Notes: generated by a model from the letters alone, not told the origin. Shown: positions 52,861 to 62,124, counted from the stretch's first letter. The stretch is 64,000 nt of DNA from an uncultured Candidatus Saccharibacteria bacterium (GCA_964399865.1 CAYNRJ010000001.1:546285-610284), one strand, 5' to 3'. Numbers and translations are program-made.

Positions 52861-55800
52861 ATGAGTAAAGCATTAGCAACAAAGAATGTTGCAGCACTGC
52901 TCCTCTCTGTAGCAATGGTTTTTGGTGTCACGTTCGCATTCGCCTCACCGGCGAAGGCACAGACGCTTGAAAGCCTCCAGGCTCAGATTGCAGCGTTGCT
53001 CGCACAAATCAGTGCTCTTCAGGGTGGCACAACCACCGGAGGATCATGCACAACCTTCACACGTAATCACCAGATGGGTGACACAGGTGGCGAAGTAATG
53101 GCTATCCAAAAGTTTCTTAACAGCAACGGTGCAGTAATCGCATCTTCAGGAGCAGGTTCTCCTGGTAACGAGACGAGCTACTTCGGTGGTCTCACTCGTG
53201 CAGCGGTTGCGAAATTCCAGGCAGCAAATGGCATCACGCCAGCAGCTGGATACTGGGGTCCAATCTCGCGCGCAAAAGCAAACTCGATGTGCACAGGTAC
53301 ACCGACGGTTCCAGGAGTTCCGATAACGGGCAACGGCCTCAAGGTCATGCTCGCATCTGACTCTCCAGTTAACGTCGCACTTGTCGCTGGTCAGGCTATC
53401 GGTGAACTCGCGAAGTTCGTCTTCGTGAACCCAACTGGCTCACCAGTAACAGTAACCAGCGCATCGTTCCAGAGAATCGGTGTTTCATCTGACTCGACGC
53501 TTACAGCTGTCTATCTCTACAATGGCGCAACCCGCGTCACAGATTCAGCAGCAGTAAACACGGGCATGTTCACCTTCAGCGATTCTGCAGGACTCTTCGT
53601 AGTCCCAGCAGGAAGCTCAGTAACGATCTCAGTTCGCTCCAACATCAACACCGGAACTTCTGGTGAGCAGGTTGGCGTTCAACTGAACTCCCTTGCTGCT
53701 TCTGGCACACTTGATACATCAGTAGTCTTCCCAATCCGCGGCGGTATCCAGACGATCTCGTCTGCTTCCCTCGGAACGGTTGCCATGACGTACTCAGCAC
53801 CATCAGGTTCAACTGAGAACCCAGGCACAGACATTCGTGTATTCGAGGCTTCAACAGTTATCTCAACGCACGCTGCTAACCTTCGCGCGATCACCTTCGA
53901 GAACCGCGGTTCTTCAAGTGACGGCGACCTCCGAAACTTCAAGCTCTATGTAGATGGAGTTCAGGTTGGTTCAACAGTTGCGCAGTCAAGCAATGACAAG
54001 GTAACCTTCGATCTCTCATCGAGTCCGAAGCGCCTTGAGACAGGCACACGCATCATCAAAGTAGTCGCCGACATCGTCGACGGCTCAAGCGAGACATTCG
54101 ACATCCAGGTTCGTCGCGCAGCAGACGCAATGTTTGTTGACGCAGAACTCGGTCAGCCGATTCTCATGACGGGTACATTTGCAGCTGGATCAGCAAACAC
54201 AATTGCATCCGGTACGCTTTCAATCACGAAGGCAGCAAATTCCCCAACTGAGAACATCGCAGTTGGTGCAACAAACGTCCTTCTTGCACGCTATGAAGTT
54301 CGCGCCGCAGGCGAGAGCATCAAGGTTGAGGCAATCAAGGTCTGGGTTGACCAGGGAGCAGCCGATGGTATGGATAATGCCAAGGTATTCCTCAATGGTT
54401 CTCAGATCGGATCTACAAAGGACCTCACATCTGGCGCTAACCCTGACGTAGCTGGTACTGAATTCACATTCGGTTCCTCCTTCATCGCTCGCGCTGGTAT
54501 GACCGAGATTCTTGAGATCTACGGTGATGCAAAGACAAATGACTCTGTAAATTACGCTTCCGGAACATCAGTTGATGTCGGCGTATCTATCGCAGCTGCC
54601 TCAGACACTGAGGGTATGAGCTCGGGTAACACCATCTCCGCCATCTCAGAAGTCGAAGGTAACTCTCGTTCGATCACTTCTTCAACCCTCACAGGTTCGA
54701 AGGCATCTGGCTACGGTGATCAGACAATGATCCCTGGAACCAACAATGCAAAGATCGGTTCGTTCACGCTTTCAGCTGGTTCAACCGAAGCAGTTAACAT
54801 CAACACGATCGCAATCAACCTTTCTTCAACAGAAGCGGCTTCCATCACGGACCTCCGCCTTGTTGATGCCTCAACAGGTACACAGATCGGTTCGACAAAG
54901 GTCTCTCCATCTGGTAGCTCAGGTGACGAAGGCGACAACTCGTTCTCCGTCAACATCGTGCTCCCAGCAAGCGGATCAAAGACCATCGATCTCGTTGCTA
55001 ACATCAAGTCAAACGCAGGTATCGGTGCATTCACAGCTGCTCTTGACGACTCGACAGGTGGTACTGGCGCTTCAACAGCTCAGTCCGTCACGATCGGCAA
55101 CGACGCAACACTTCAGACAATCACTATCGGCAGCGGTACTCTTAACACCGCGGTTGGTGTAAGTCCTGACGATGCGAATGTGATCGCAGGTTCAACTGAC
55201 GTCAAAGTCGGTAACTTCAAGTTCACAGCGCAGAACTCAAGCTTCACGGTGCAGGAGATCAAGGTCAAAGTTCCGGCTAACGCCGCAACCTCTGTCTCTG
55301 CTGTCACATTGAAGTACAAGGATGCAGCGGGTGTAACACAGTCTGCTTCACAGGCTCTTACACTCTCTTCAGGTACTCAGACATATGCAACGGCAACCTT
55401 CACAGGTTTGACGTTCTACGTGCCTCAGAACACCGAAGGAGTCCTCGATGTGTACGTCAACATCCCAACTATCGCTTCCGGTGCTACAACTGGTCGTGGT
55501 ATCACGGTGGTGCTTGATGGCAACGAAGGCTTCAAGGCGATCGACTCAGCTGGTACTCAGACAACAGCTCTCACGAGCTCTACTGACCTCAGCTCTGTCT
55601 CGGCTACAGGCAAGGGTACGATGTACGTACGCAAGTCTAAGCCAACGCTCGCAGCAGTCACTCTGGACAGTTCCACACTCAGTGCAGGAGCTAACCAGGT
55701 TATCGCTCGCTTCAGCATCACAGCTGACGCGGCAGGTGACATCGGCTGGAAGTACTTGAGCTTCACGGTTAACAAGACAGCGGCTGTAACTCTCGATGCT

Positions 55801-56229
55801 ACGACAACAATCGACATCTACGAGGGTTCCAACGCAATCGCTGGTAACTGGGCAACCACAACCGGTAGCTTCCCAACTCAGTCACAAATGTTCACCACGG
55901 CGGCAACGTCTGGTAACCTTGTGTTCGAAGCTACAAGCGAACAGCAGATCGCAGCTGGAACTACAGCAACGTACGAAATTCGTACGACTGTCGGAGGTCT
56001 CGCATCAGGTTCTAACTTGAGCGTCACCCTCGCTAACCCATCGAGTTCGATCTCAACCGACCAGTACTCCGACATCCTCGGAAACTTCGGTGACGCGACT
56101 CCGTCCATCATCTGGACTGACCGCTCTTCGATCTCGACAGTTCACAGCGAATCTACAGACGACTGGACAAACGACTACCTTGTTAAGACCCTTCCTCTCA
56201 CGGTGGGCAACAAGTCAGTAGCGTTCTAA
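52861..56229 (+). CDS. Giant secreted repeat protein (1,122 aa) with an N-terminal peptidoglycan-binding domain; S-layer or adhesin candidate
   Basis: Signal peptide MSKALATKNVAALLLSVAMVFGVTFAFASPAKA|QT. PG_binding_1-like segment GDTGGEVMAIQKFLNSNGAVIAS...YFGGLTRAAVAKFQAANGITPAAGYWGP. Then about 9 degenerate beta-rich repeats of roughly 100 aa (Ala/Ser/Thr/Gly/Val-rich, only 2 Cys). Confidence 0.7.
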   Translation: MSKALATKNVAALLLSVAMVFGVTFAFASPAKAQTLESLQAQIAALLAQISALQGGTTTGGSCTTFTRNHQMGDTGGEVMAIQKFLNSNGAVIASSGAGSPGNETSYFGGLTRAAVAKFQAANGITPAAGYWGPISRAKANSMCTGTPTVPGVPITGNGLKVMLASDSPVNVALVAGQAIGELAKFVFVNPTGSPVTVTSASFQRIGVSSDSTLTAVYLYNGATRVTDSAAVNTGMFTFSDSAGLFVVPAGSSVTISVRSNINTGTSGEQVGVQLNSLAASGTLDTSVVFPIRGGIQTISSASLGTVAMTYSAPSGSTENPGTDIRVFEASTVISTHAANLRAITFENRGSSSDGDLRNFKLYVDGVQVGSTVAQSSNDKVTFDLSSSPKRLETGTRIIKVVADIVDGSSETFDIQVRRAADAMFVDAELGQPILMTGTFAAGSANTIASGTLSITKAANSPTENIAVGATNVLLARYEVRAAGESIKVEAIKVWVDQGAADGMDNAKVFLNGSQIGSTKDLTSGANPDVAGTEFTFGSSFIARAGMTEILEIYGDAKTNDSVNYASGTSVDVGVSIAAASDTEGMSSGNTISAISEVEGNSRSITSSTLTGSKASGYGDQTMIPGTNNAKIGSFTLSAGSTEAVNINTIAINLSSTEAASITDLRLVDASTGTQIGSTKVSPSGSSGDEGDNSFSVNIVLPASGSKTIDLVANIKSNAGIGAFTAALDDSTGGTGASTAQSVTIGNDATLQTITIGSGTLNTAVGVSPDDANVIAGSTDVKVGNFKFTAQNSSFTVQEIKVKVPANAATSVSAVTLKYKDAAGVTQSASQALTLSSGTQTYATATFTGLTFYVPQNTEGVLDVYVNIPTIASGATTGRGITVVLDGNEGFKAIDSAGTQTTALTSSTDLSSVSATGKGTMYVRKSKPTLAAVTLDSSTLSAGANQVIARFSITADAAGDIGWKYLSFTVNKTAAVTLDATTTIDIYEGSNAIAGNWATTTGSFPTQSQMFTTAATSGNLVFEATSEQQIAAGTTATYEIRTTVGGLASGSNLSVTLANPSSSISTDQYSDILGNFGDATPSIIWTDRSSISTVHSESTDDWTNDYLVKTLPLTVGNKSVAF

Positions 56230-56302
56230 GGTCAGTAGTTTCTCAGGCCTAGCGAAGCGACAATTCGCAAGCCTCCAGCTCGGAAATTGGCCGAGCAGCA
56301 AG

Positions 56303-56333
56303 AACCACCCCGAAAGGGGTGGTTTTTGTTTTG
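56303..56333 (+). terminator. Rho-independent terminator of the giant surface-protein gene
   Basis: AACCACCCC-GAAA-GGGGTGGTT followed by TTTTGTTTTG. Confidence 0.8.
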
Positions 56334-56365
56334 CCCGACAATTTAATTATGATATGGTGATACGT

Positions 56366-56917
56366 ATGAAAAAGAATTTTTTGATAGTGCTTATCGCACT
56401 CGTACTTATCGGAGGGGGAATATGGTACGTATCACAGTCACAAACCGGACAATCTCGTCTAGTTGCAGGTGAGAGCGTATCGAACTGGGATTTTACTGGC
56501 GTGTATACAGGGAACACTGAACTGGAGGCACGTGCAGAAGCAGAAATTGAGCGGCTTGAGGGACTCTTTGGTGAAGAGGGAAGTAGCGAGTACGAGCTCT
56601 ATGTCTCGATCGCGAATCAATACGATCTCCTCGGCGATGGAAAGAAAGAGTACGAATACTTGAACAAGGCGCTCGCGTTAGATTCTGAGAGAACTGGGCT
56701 TGCGTGGAACAATCTCGCGAGACTATTTGAGAAGCTCGGGGCGTACAAGAGTGCACTGCAGGCATTCGATGCAGCTGTCGCAGCTCAGCCATCCTTACAA
56801 AATCAGGAAGCACGGCTCGATTTCCTTAGGACAAGAATGCCGGAAAATACCGCAGCAATCGCACAGGCTGAAGCGCAGCTTCGTGATACTGCGGGGGACC
56901 TCGATTTCGTTGAGTAA
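56366..56917 (+). CDS. Membrane-anchored tetratricopeptide-repeat-like protein
   Basis: MKKNFLIVLIALVLIGGGIWYV anchor, then helical repeats (YEYLNKALALDSERTGLAWNNLARLFEKLGAYKSALQAFDAAVAAQP). Confidence 0.5.
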   Translation: MKKNFLIVLIALVLIGGGIWYVSQSQTGQSRLVAGESVSNWDFTGVYTGNTELEARAEAEIERLEGLFGEEGSSEYELYVSIANQYDLLGDGKKEYEYLNKALALDSERTGLAWNNLARLFEKLGAYKSALQAFDAAVAAQPSLQNQEARLDFLRTRMPENTAAIAQAEAQLRDTAGDLDFVE

Positions 56918-56944
56918 ATCGTACGTGAGTAATTCATCTCTCAC

Positions 56945-59170
56945 ATGACAAACCGAATCGCGAAATGGTTTTCATGGCTCCTCCTTGCGCCCGCAATCTT
57001 GCCGCTCGTGTATGTGGAAGGTCTTCTCTATCCGTATGTAGCACCTAAGACTCTACTTTTTCGTGCACTATTTATCGTCGCGGCAGCGGGCTTCGCGTAC
57101 CTACTCTTATCGGGTCATTCATTTTATTTCTCGCGTCTACGAAATTGGATCTCCTGGATTCCCGGAGCACTCCTCGCGCTAGCGTACGGAACCTCTCTCA
57201 TTGGCATAGATTTCTACCACAGCTTTTGGTCAATCTTTGACCGTGGAGATGGTCTCTTAACGATGACTGCAATTATCGGATTCTTCTACTTCATTCTTCT
57301 GTATGCGGATCGCCCATTTCTTCGAAGACTCTTTTCCATTTCAGCGTGGGTAGGATCAATCGTCGCAGTCTATGGAGTTTTGCAATGGATTCAGACCGTT
57401 ACTGGAATGGAAATCCCTCTCATTACTGATCCCCGAGGTCGTCTAGGAGGCACGTTCGGTAACGCAGCGTTCCTTGCAGCGTATTTGGGCATGACTCTCT
57501 TTGCGACACTCGCAGTAGTGAAAGAATTTAGTGGTAAATGGAGAAAAGCCTTGTATGCAGGCGCTGCACTACAGCTTTTCGCAGCTATCCTTACCTCCAC
57601 TCGCGGGACTCTTCTTGCAATTCTCCTCGCGAGCACGCTCACAGCACTTTACCTGGCGTGGAGGGGGGAGGGAGCGACACGAAAGTACGCCCGTTTTGGA
57701 GTCGTAGGAGTCGTCATATTCGCCGCTCTTTTCTTTCTGTTCCGCGGTCCTCTTACGCAATTTCCGTTCGAACCAGTCCGGCGCATTGCTTCGATATCTC
57801 TGTCGGATGTGACAGTATCAAGCCGATTCTTCGTATGGAAGAATGTGCTTTCGGAAAGCCTTGAGAAACCACTGACCGGATATGGGGCGGAGCATGTAGA
57901 TGTACTTTTTAATCGTGTGTATGATCCCGCTGGAATACTTGAGGAGTGGTTCGATCGCTCTCACAACGCATACCTCGATTACTTCGCGCAATACGGAATT
58001 TTTGGTCTACTTTTATTTAGCGCGCTACTTGCGACTCTAGCGCTCACCGCATGGCGATTACTTAGAGTTGGCGACAAGTACGCACCTTTTATTCTTCTCA
58101 TGGTTGTCGTATACGCGGCACAGAATTTCTTTGTGTTCGATACGGCCATGACATTGTGGCTTCTCTTTGCGGTCTTCGCTGCACTTCTTGCGTATAGAGC
58201 GGCGGGAGAGAACGTAGCTGTATCCTCGTCTCGTTTCAAACTTAAGCCAGTAATTCCGATCGTTGTAGGTGGGGCGATCCTTATTCTCCTGTACCCGGTA
58301 TCTATTCAACCACTTCGCGCGAATCTTCTCCTCGCAGAAGGGTATATGCATCACATTGCGGATGTTGGACGGTCAGTCGATACGATGCAAAAAGGGCTGT
58401 CTCTCAATACATACGCTGACATTGAATACGGTTACCAGGCGTATGAAATGTATTCTGAGAGGCAGGCAAATTTGCTCGAGGGTACTGATCGTGTTGCCGC
58501 GTACCGCTTTGCGCTCGAGACGCTTACAAAAAACTATGAGAAGTACCCATATGATGCGCGCACTGCCACATACCTCGCTCACGTGCTCGACTTAGTACCT
58601 CCAGAAGAAACCGCGGATGAGGTATTTCTACGAGAGGTAGTGCTAAAAGCAATTGAGTTATCACCCAAGCATGCGCAGGCGCACTACATTCTGGCGAACA
58701 TTTCGCTCAAAAAAGGTGATAAGGCGGGGCAGGCCGGAAATGTCGCAGAGCGAAATCGCTTCTACAGAGAGGGGATCGCCGTTCTTGAAGAGTATGTGAA
58801 AATGGTGCCGAACTACGCGAACCCCCGCTATCTCATCGCGAATCTATACTTAGTTATAGGGGAGGAAGAGCTTGCGGCGAGGTGGGCGAGCGAAGGGCAG
58901 GCTCTATACAAAGGGGATATGGATACTGCTCGCCGAGCTGTGCGTTACTACATTGCGATAGAAGACTGGGCGACGGCCCTTCGGTTCAACGAAGAGATTT
59001 CAAGAAATACTCCACAAGATTATCCAGTGAAATATGATCTTGCGAAACTGTATTTTCTCACGGGTAATAAAGAGAGGGCTCAAGAAATAGTTAATGAGCT
59101 TCAAATTGAATCTCCTGGTCTTGTCGAATCAGATGCGGAGTTCATGAAAGCGATCGAGGGTACGCGGTAG
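56945..59170 (+). CDS. O-antigen ligase/Wzy_C-family polytopic membrane protein fused to C-terminal tetratricopeptide repeats (WaaL/PglL-like)
   Basis: 741 aa; about 12 TM helices; a periplasmic loop then ILTSTRGTLLAILLASTL matches the O-antigen ligase signature region; C-terminal 300 aa are tetratricopeptide-like. Confidence 0.65.
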   Translation: MTNRIAKWFSWLLLAPAILPLVYVEGLLYPYVAPKTLLFRALFIVAAAGFAYLLLSGHSFYFSRLRNWISWIPGALLALAYGTSLIGIDFYHSFWSIFDRGDGLLTMTAIIGFFYFILLYADRPFLRRLFSISAWVGSIVAVYGVLQWIQTVTGMEIPLITDPRGRLGGTFGNAAFLAAYLGMTLFATLAVVKEFSGKWRKALYAGAALQLFAAILTSTRGTLLAILLASTLTALYLAWRGEGATRKYARFGVVGVVIFAALFFLFRGPLTQFPFEPVRRIASISLSDVTVSSRFFVWKNVLSESLEKPLTGYGAEHVDVLFNRVYDPAGILEEWFDRSHNAYLDYFAQYGIFGLLLFSALLATLALTAWRLLRVGDKYAPFILLMVVVYAAQNFFVFDTAMTLWLLFAVFAALLAYRAAGENVAVSSSRFKLKPVIPIVVGGAILILLYPVSIQPLRANLLLAEGYMHHIADVGRSVDTMQKGLSLNTYADIEYGYQAYEMYSERQANLLEGTDRVAAYRFALETLTKNYEKYPYDARTATYLAHVLDLVPPEETADEVFLREVVLKAIELSPKHAQAHYILANISLKKGDKAGQAGNVAERNRFYREGIAVLEEYVKMVPNYANPRYLIANLYLVIGEEELAARWASEGQALYKGDMDTARRAVRYYIAIEDWATALRFNEEISRNTPQDYPVKYDLAKLYFLTGNKERAQEIVNELQIESPGLVESDAEFMKAIEGTR

Positions 59171-59221
59171 AAGAGTGGCCCCGCGTGGGCGGGGCCGAAG
59201 GTGCGAGAGTCCTGTGGTAGT

Positions 59222-59557
59222 TCATGACTCGGCCTTTATGTTTGAGAAGTGTTGGGATGGACCGCTCGTTTGCAGTGTCGGACGAATCCTCGCTCCCCAG
59301 TGCGCGTGGCCGGGAGCTTGATCGGAGCCCGCATAGAACTCGAGATGGAGATCGAACTTCTCGCCAGACTCGTCGATAGCGACGTACGAATGGCCGCCGT
59401 TCGTATGCGCTGCGAGTATTTTGACGCGATAGGTAAGAAGAGCATCCTTCGGTCCACCTGCAGTTGCGACTCTGCTGAGTGTGTACCAGTGCTCTTCTTT
59501 GAGGACCGGAGGATTCTCGCTCTCGGCCTTCATCCAAGGTAGTCTGGGCGCACGCAT
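59222..59557 (-). CDS. Hypothetical small protein
   Basis: 111 aa, globular-looking composition; an overlapping plus-strand ORF 59249..59542 is Arg/Cys-rich and less plausible. Confidence 0.3.
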   Translation of the reverse strand: MRAPRLPWMKAESENPPVLKEEHWYTLSRVATAGGPKDALLTYRVKILAAHTNGGHSYVAIDESGEKFDLHLEFYAGSDQAPGHAHWGARIRPTLQTSGPSQHFSNIKAES

Positions 59558-59621
59558 TGGCGTTTCTCCCGTTTGTTCAGTTCTATCTGGATACTATTCT
59601 CAATCGTTCGCTCGTCAATCT

Positions 59622-60440
59622 CTAGAATTTTGGTCGACGGAAAGCCCAGCGGAATAAAAGATAGAGTCCACCAAAGAGGGCGAGAATAAGAAGGAAATAA
59701 AATAGCGCTTTAGACTTGAGGATTGTGAGAGTGCCCACAGCAGCTGCGTGTTTCATTTTCTCCAGAGCGGTTGAGTTTTCGGTCGGTCCTTTGAAGCCGG
59801 TCGTGTTTGAACTAACGCCCACATTTTTTACCGCAGTCGTCGATGTGCCAAGTATCGCGCTTTCTCCGCCACCTCGAAGGTATGTTTCAAGGGAATTGAT
59901 TTTTTGTTCTCGAAATTCTTCAGTTTTGCCAAGGACATTTTTGAGTGTTGCCTGCACAACAGGTGACGCTGTCTTTGCAGTTTCCGCAATGAATGCAGAA
60001 GCTTCGGTCGCTGCGTTTACGATTGCAGGTGGGGGTGGTGGCTCAGCAACAGTGATTTTTATAGAGGCGCTCGCTCTCTGTGAGAGTGCGATTGAATCAG
60101 AAATACCTTCAACAGAGGCTCCTTCTATTATCGCAGAAATAGCATGTTCGCCGGGGGTGGCTTTCCATTCAATGGTTACAAGCTGGCTCGTCTCCGCGCT
60201 TAGTTTGAAATTTTCAGTTTCAATTCGCTTTTCATTATCAAAAAAGGCAACTGTTCCACTTAAGGTTGCATCGCTTCCATTGTGAACGACTGTGAAAATC
60301 TCGAGTGATTCTCCGGCTACAGCAGTACTTTTGGAAACCCAAATTGATTGCGGTGGAAATCCGGCCTGTATTTCGGCTGCGCCGAGCTGAGAGGGGAGGA
60401 ATAAAAAGGCTAGGAGGAAGACCATCCAGTATTGCCTCAT
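59622..60440 (-). CDS. Hypothetical secreted protein with a C-terminal TM anchor
   Basis: Signal peptide MRQYWMVFLLAFLFLPSQLGAAE; PPPPP linker; C-terminal FYFLLILALFGGLYLLF plus basic tail. Confidence 0.5.
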   Translation of the reverse strand: MRQYWMVFLLAFLFLPSQLGAAEIQAGFPPQSIWVSKSTAVAGESLEIFTVVHNGSDATLSGTVAFFDNEKRIETENFKLSAETSQLVTIEWKATPGEHAISAIIEGASVEGISDSIALSQRASASIKITVAEPPPPPAIVNAATEASAFIAETAKTASPVVQATLKNVLGKTEEFREQKINSLETYLRGGGESAILGTSTTAVKNVGVSSNTTGFKGPTENSTALEKMKHAAAVGTLTILKSKALFYFLLILALFGGLYLLFRWAFRRPKF

Positions 60441-60479
60441 CCCCTGATTATACAATGATATACTAGAGGTGTCTTAGTA

Positions 60480-60638
60480 TGAATCCAGCCGGTTCATTCT
60501 TTAAATTTACGATAGGGTTTCTTACGCTTATCAGCGTTAGTTTCGTTATTACATTTGCGGTAAGTACATACGAAATGTCTCAGAGTGCAGAAAGGCAGGC
60601 AGCCGCCGCGATGCAGGCGATGCTGGAGTCTAAATAGA
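60480..60638 (+). CDS. Possible 52-aa single-TM small protein (below the ORF-track size cutoff)
   Basis: My translation MNPAGSFFKFTIGFLTLISVSFVITFAVSTYEMSQSAERQAAAAMQAMLESK; GAGGTG Shine-Dalgarno about 8 nt upstream; two hairpins downstream. Confidence 0.3.
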
Positions 60639-60710
60639 AAAGGCGCCGGCAAACCCGAAGGTCCGCCGACGCCCCGCCCTGACGAGTGCGCACAACCATG
60701 GCTCGTCGGG

Positions 60711-60953
60711 CTATTCGATAGCGAAGCCCAGCTCGTTGAGCTTCTTTCGAAAGTCCTCGGCACCCTCCGGCCCGAGAAGTTCGATGTTGGTGTTCGCGGA
60801 GAGAAGATCACCGCGAACCAGGTCCCGGACGGCTTGTCGAGCCGCGCTCCTCGTAATTGCAAAGGAAGCGCCGCGGACGTCACAGAACCTTGTCTCTATG
60901 TACTGAATTGCAGCCGAATCATCGGGCGGCATCAGCACTCTGCTTTTTGGCAT
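60711..60953 (-). CDS. Hypothetical 80-aa cytoplasmic protein
   Basis: AGGAGG Shine-Dalgarno 6 nt upstream of the ATG (plus 60954-60966 is GGTACCTCCTATC); balanced composition; unknown family. Confidence 0.5.
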   Translation of the reverse strand: MPKSRVLMPPDDSAAIQYIETRFCDVRGASFAITRSAARQAVRDLVRGDLLSANTNIELLGPEGAEDFRKKLNELGFAIE

Positions 60954-61027
60954 CGGTACCTCCTATCGAGAAACGACGCACTCCCGCCAGCACTCTGACA
61001 TTTTTTTACGTGCACGTCAAACGACGT

Positions 61028-61055
61028 TGACTCTCGTCCTTAAATCAGTAGAATG
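61028..61055 (+). promoter_or_regulatory. Sigma70 promoter TTGACT-16-TAGAAT of the rplJ-rplL operon
   Basis: Read directly, about 115 nt upstream of the rplJ ATG. Confidence 0.6.
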
Positions 61056-61061
61056 CGCGAG

Positions 61062-61170
61062 TCAGGCTAGAGACAGCGAGTGGTAGCAATACCTTCAATC
61101 CTACGGGAGCTTGCCGAGGTCGTACTCTAACAAGAGGCCTGGTAGTTACTAGAAGAAGTACTTTTTGTAC
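61062..61170 (+). promoter_or_regulatory. rplJ 5' leader (about 105 nt), candidate L10(L12)4 autoregulatory leader
   Basis: A long untranslated leader between a strong promoter and rplJ. Established knowledge: bacterial rplJ leaders fold into an L10-binding structure that mimics the 23S rRNA site. Inferred by position only. Confidence 0.4.
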
Positions 61171-61665
61171 ATGGCAAAAACCAAGGAGCAAAAGGCGGTA
61201 ATCATCGAAAAACTTGAAAATGCTCTCAAGACGGGAGCTTCTTCAGTGTTTGTACACTTCACCGGACTCAACGTCGCTGATGAGACAGCGATGCGTCGCG
61301 GTCTTCAGAAAGACGCCGTTTCGTACGTCGTCGCGAAGAAGACACTTATTCGCCGAGCGCTTACTGCCCTCGGTCACAAGCATGAAAGTGTCGCACTTGA
61401 AGGAGAAGTTGCAGTTGCGCACGGAGGAAACGATGCGACAGCAGCAGCCCGTATGGTGCATGAATTCGCGAAGAAGTTCGCAGGCAAGCTTACGATCCTC
61501 GGAGGTATCTTCGAAGGTCGCATTGTGGGAGCAGGCGAGATGCAAGAGATCGCGACGATTCCGTCTATGCAGGTACTACGTGGCATGTTTGCGAATATCG
61601 TAAACAGCCCGATCCAGCGTTTTGCGATCGCACTTAGCGAAGTCGCAAAGACGAAGACACAATAA
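61171..61665 (+). CDS. rplJ: 50S ribosomal protein L10
   Basis: MAKTKEQKAVIIEKLENALKTGASSVFVHFTGLNVADETAMRRGL is consensus L10. Confidence 0.9.
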   Translation: MAKTKEQKAVIIEKLENALKTGASSVFVHFTGLNVADETAMRRGLQKDAVSYVVAKKTLIRRALTALGHKHESVALEGEVAVAHGGNDATAAARMVHEFAKKFAGKLTILGGIFEGRIVGAGEMQEIATIPSMQVLRGMFANIVNSPIQRFAIALSEVAKTKTQ

Positions 61666-61688
61666 ATTAAAAATTAAATTAAATTAGT

Positions 61689-62066
61689 ATGGCAGATGAA
61701 ACAATTTCAGCAGGAGCACAGGCAGTCATCGACGCAGTGGAGAAAATGACAGTGCTCGAGCTCAATGCTCTCGTCAAGGCAATCGAGACGAAGTGGGGAG
61801 TGTCCGCAACGGCAGTTGCAGCAGCAGGTCCTGCAGCAGCGGCAGCGGAAGAGAAGAGCGAGTTCACCGTTGAACTTACCGCCGCAGGTGATCAGAAGAT
61901 CGCCGTCATCAAGGTGGTGAAGGAGGCTCTCGGACTAGGACTTAAGGAGGCAAAAGACCTCGTAGAAGGAGCTCCAAAGGTTCTCAAGGAGGGAGTGAAG
62001 AAAGAGGAGGCGGAAGACTGGAAGAAGAAAATAGAGGCCGCTGGTGGGAAGGTAACACTGAAATAA
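61689..62066 (+). CDS. rplL: 50S ribosomal protein L7/L12
   Basis: 125 aa; Ala-rich hinge [14 protein letters not shown]; C-terminal domain [56 protein letters not shown]. Confidence 0.93.
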   Translation: MADETISAGAQAVIDAVEKMTVLELNALVKAIETKWGVSATAVAAAGPAAAAAEEKSEFTVELTAAGDQKIAVIKVVKEALGLGLKEAKDLVEGAPKVLKEGVKKEEAEDWKKKIEAAGGKVTLK

Positions 62067-62084
62067 TTCAGCGGGTACGTCCCG

Positions 62085-62124
62085 AAACAGCCGCGGAAGA
62101 TGAACTTCCGCGGCTGTTTTCGTT
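62085..62124 (+). terminator. Strong rho-independent terminator after rplL (rpoB does not follow here)
   Basis: AAACAGCCGCGGAAG-atgaa-CTTCCGCGGCTGTTT followed by TCGTT. Confidence 0.8.

Noticed and set aside
59249-59542. Plus-strand 97-aa ORF competing with minus 59222..59557.
   Set aside because: Arg/Cys-rich composition; the minus frame is more protein-like and co-directional with the downstream gene. Both remain low confidence.
60494-60998. Overlapping ORFs 60494..60883 (minus, 129 aa) and 60585..60998 (plus, 137 aa).
   Set aside because: Both are Arg/Pro/Gly-rich. The 80-aa minus ORF 60711..60953 with a perfect AGGAGG Shine-Dalgarno sequence and the 52-aa plus ORF explain the region better.
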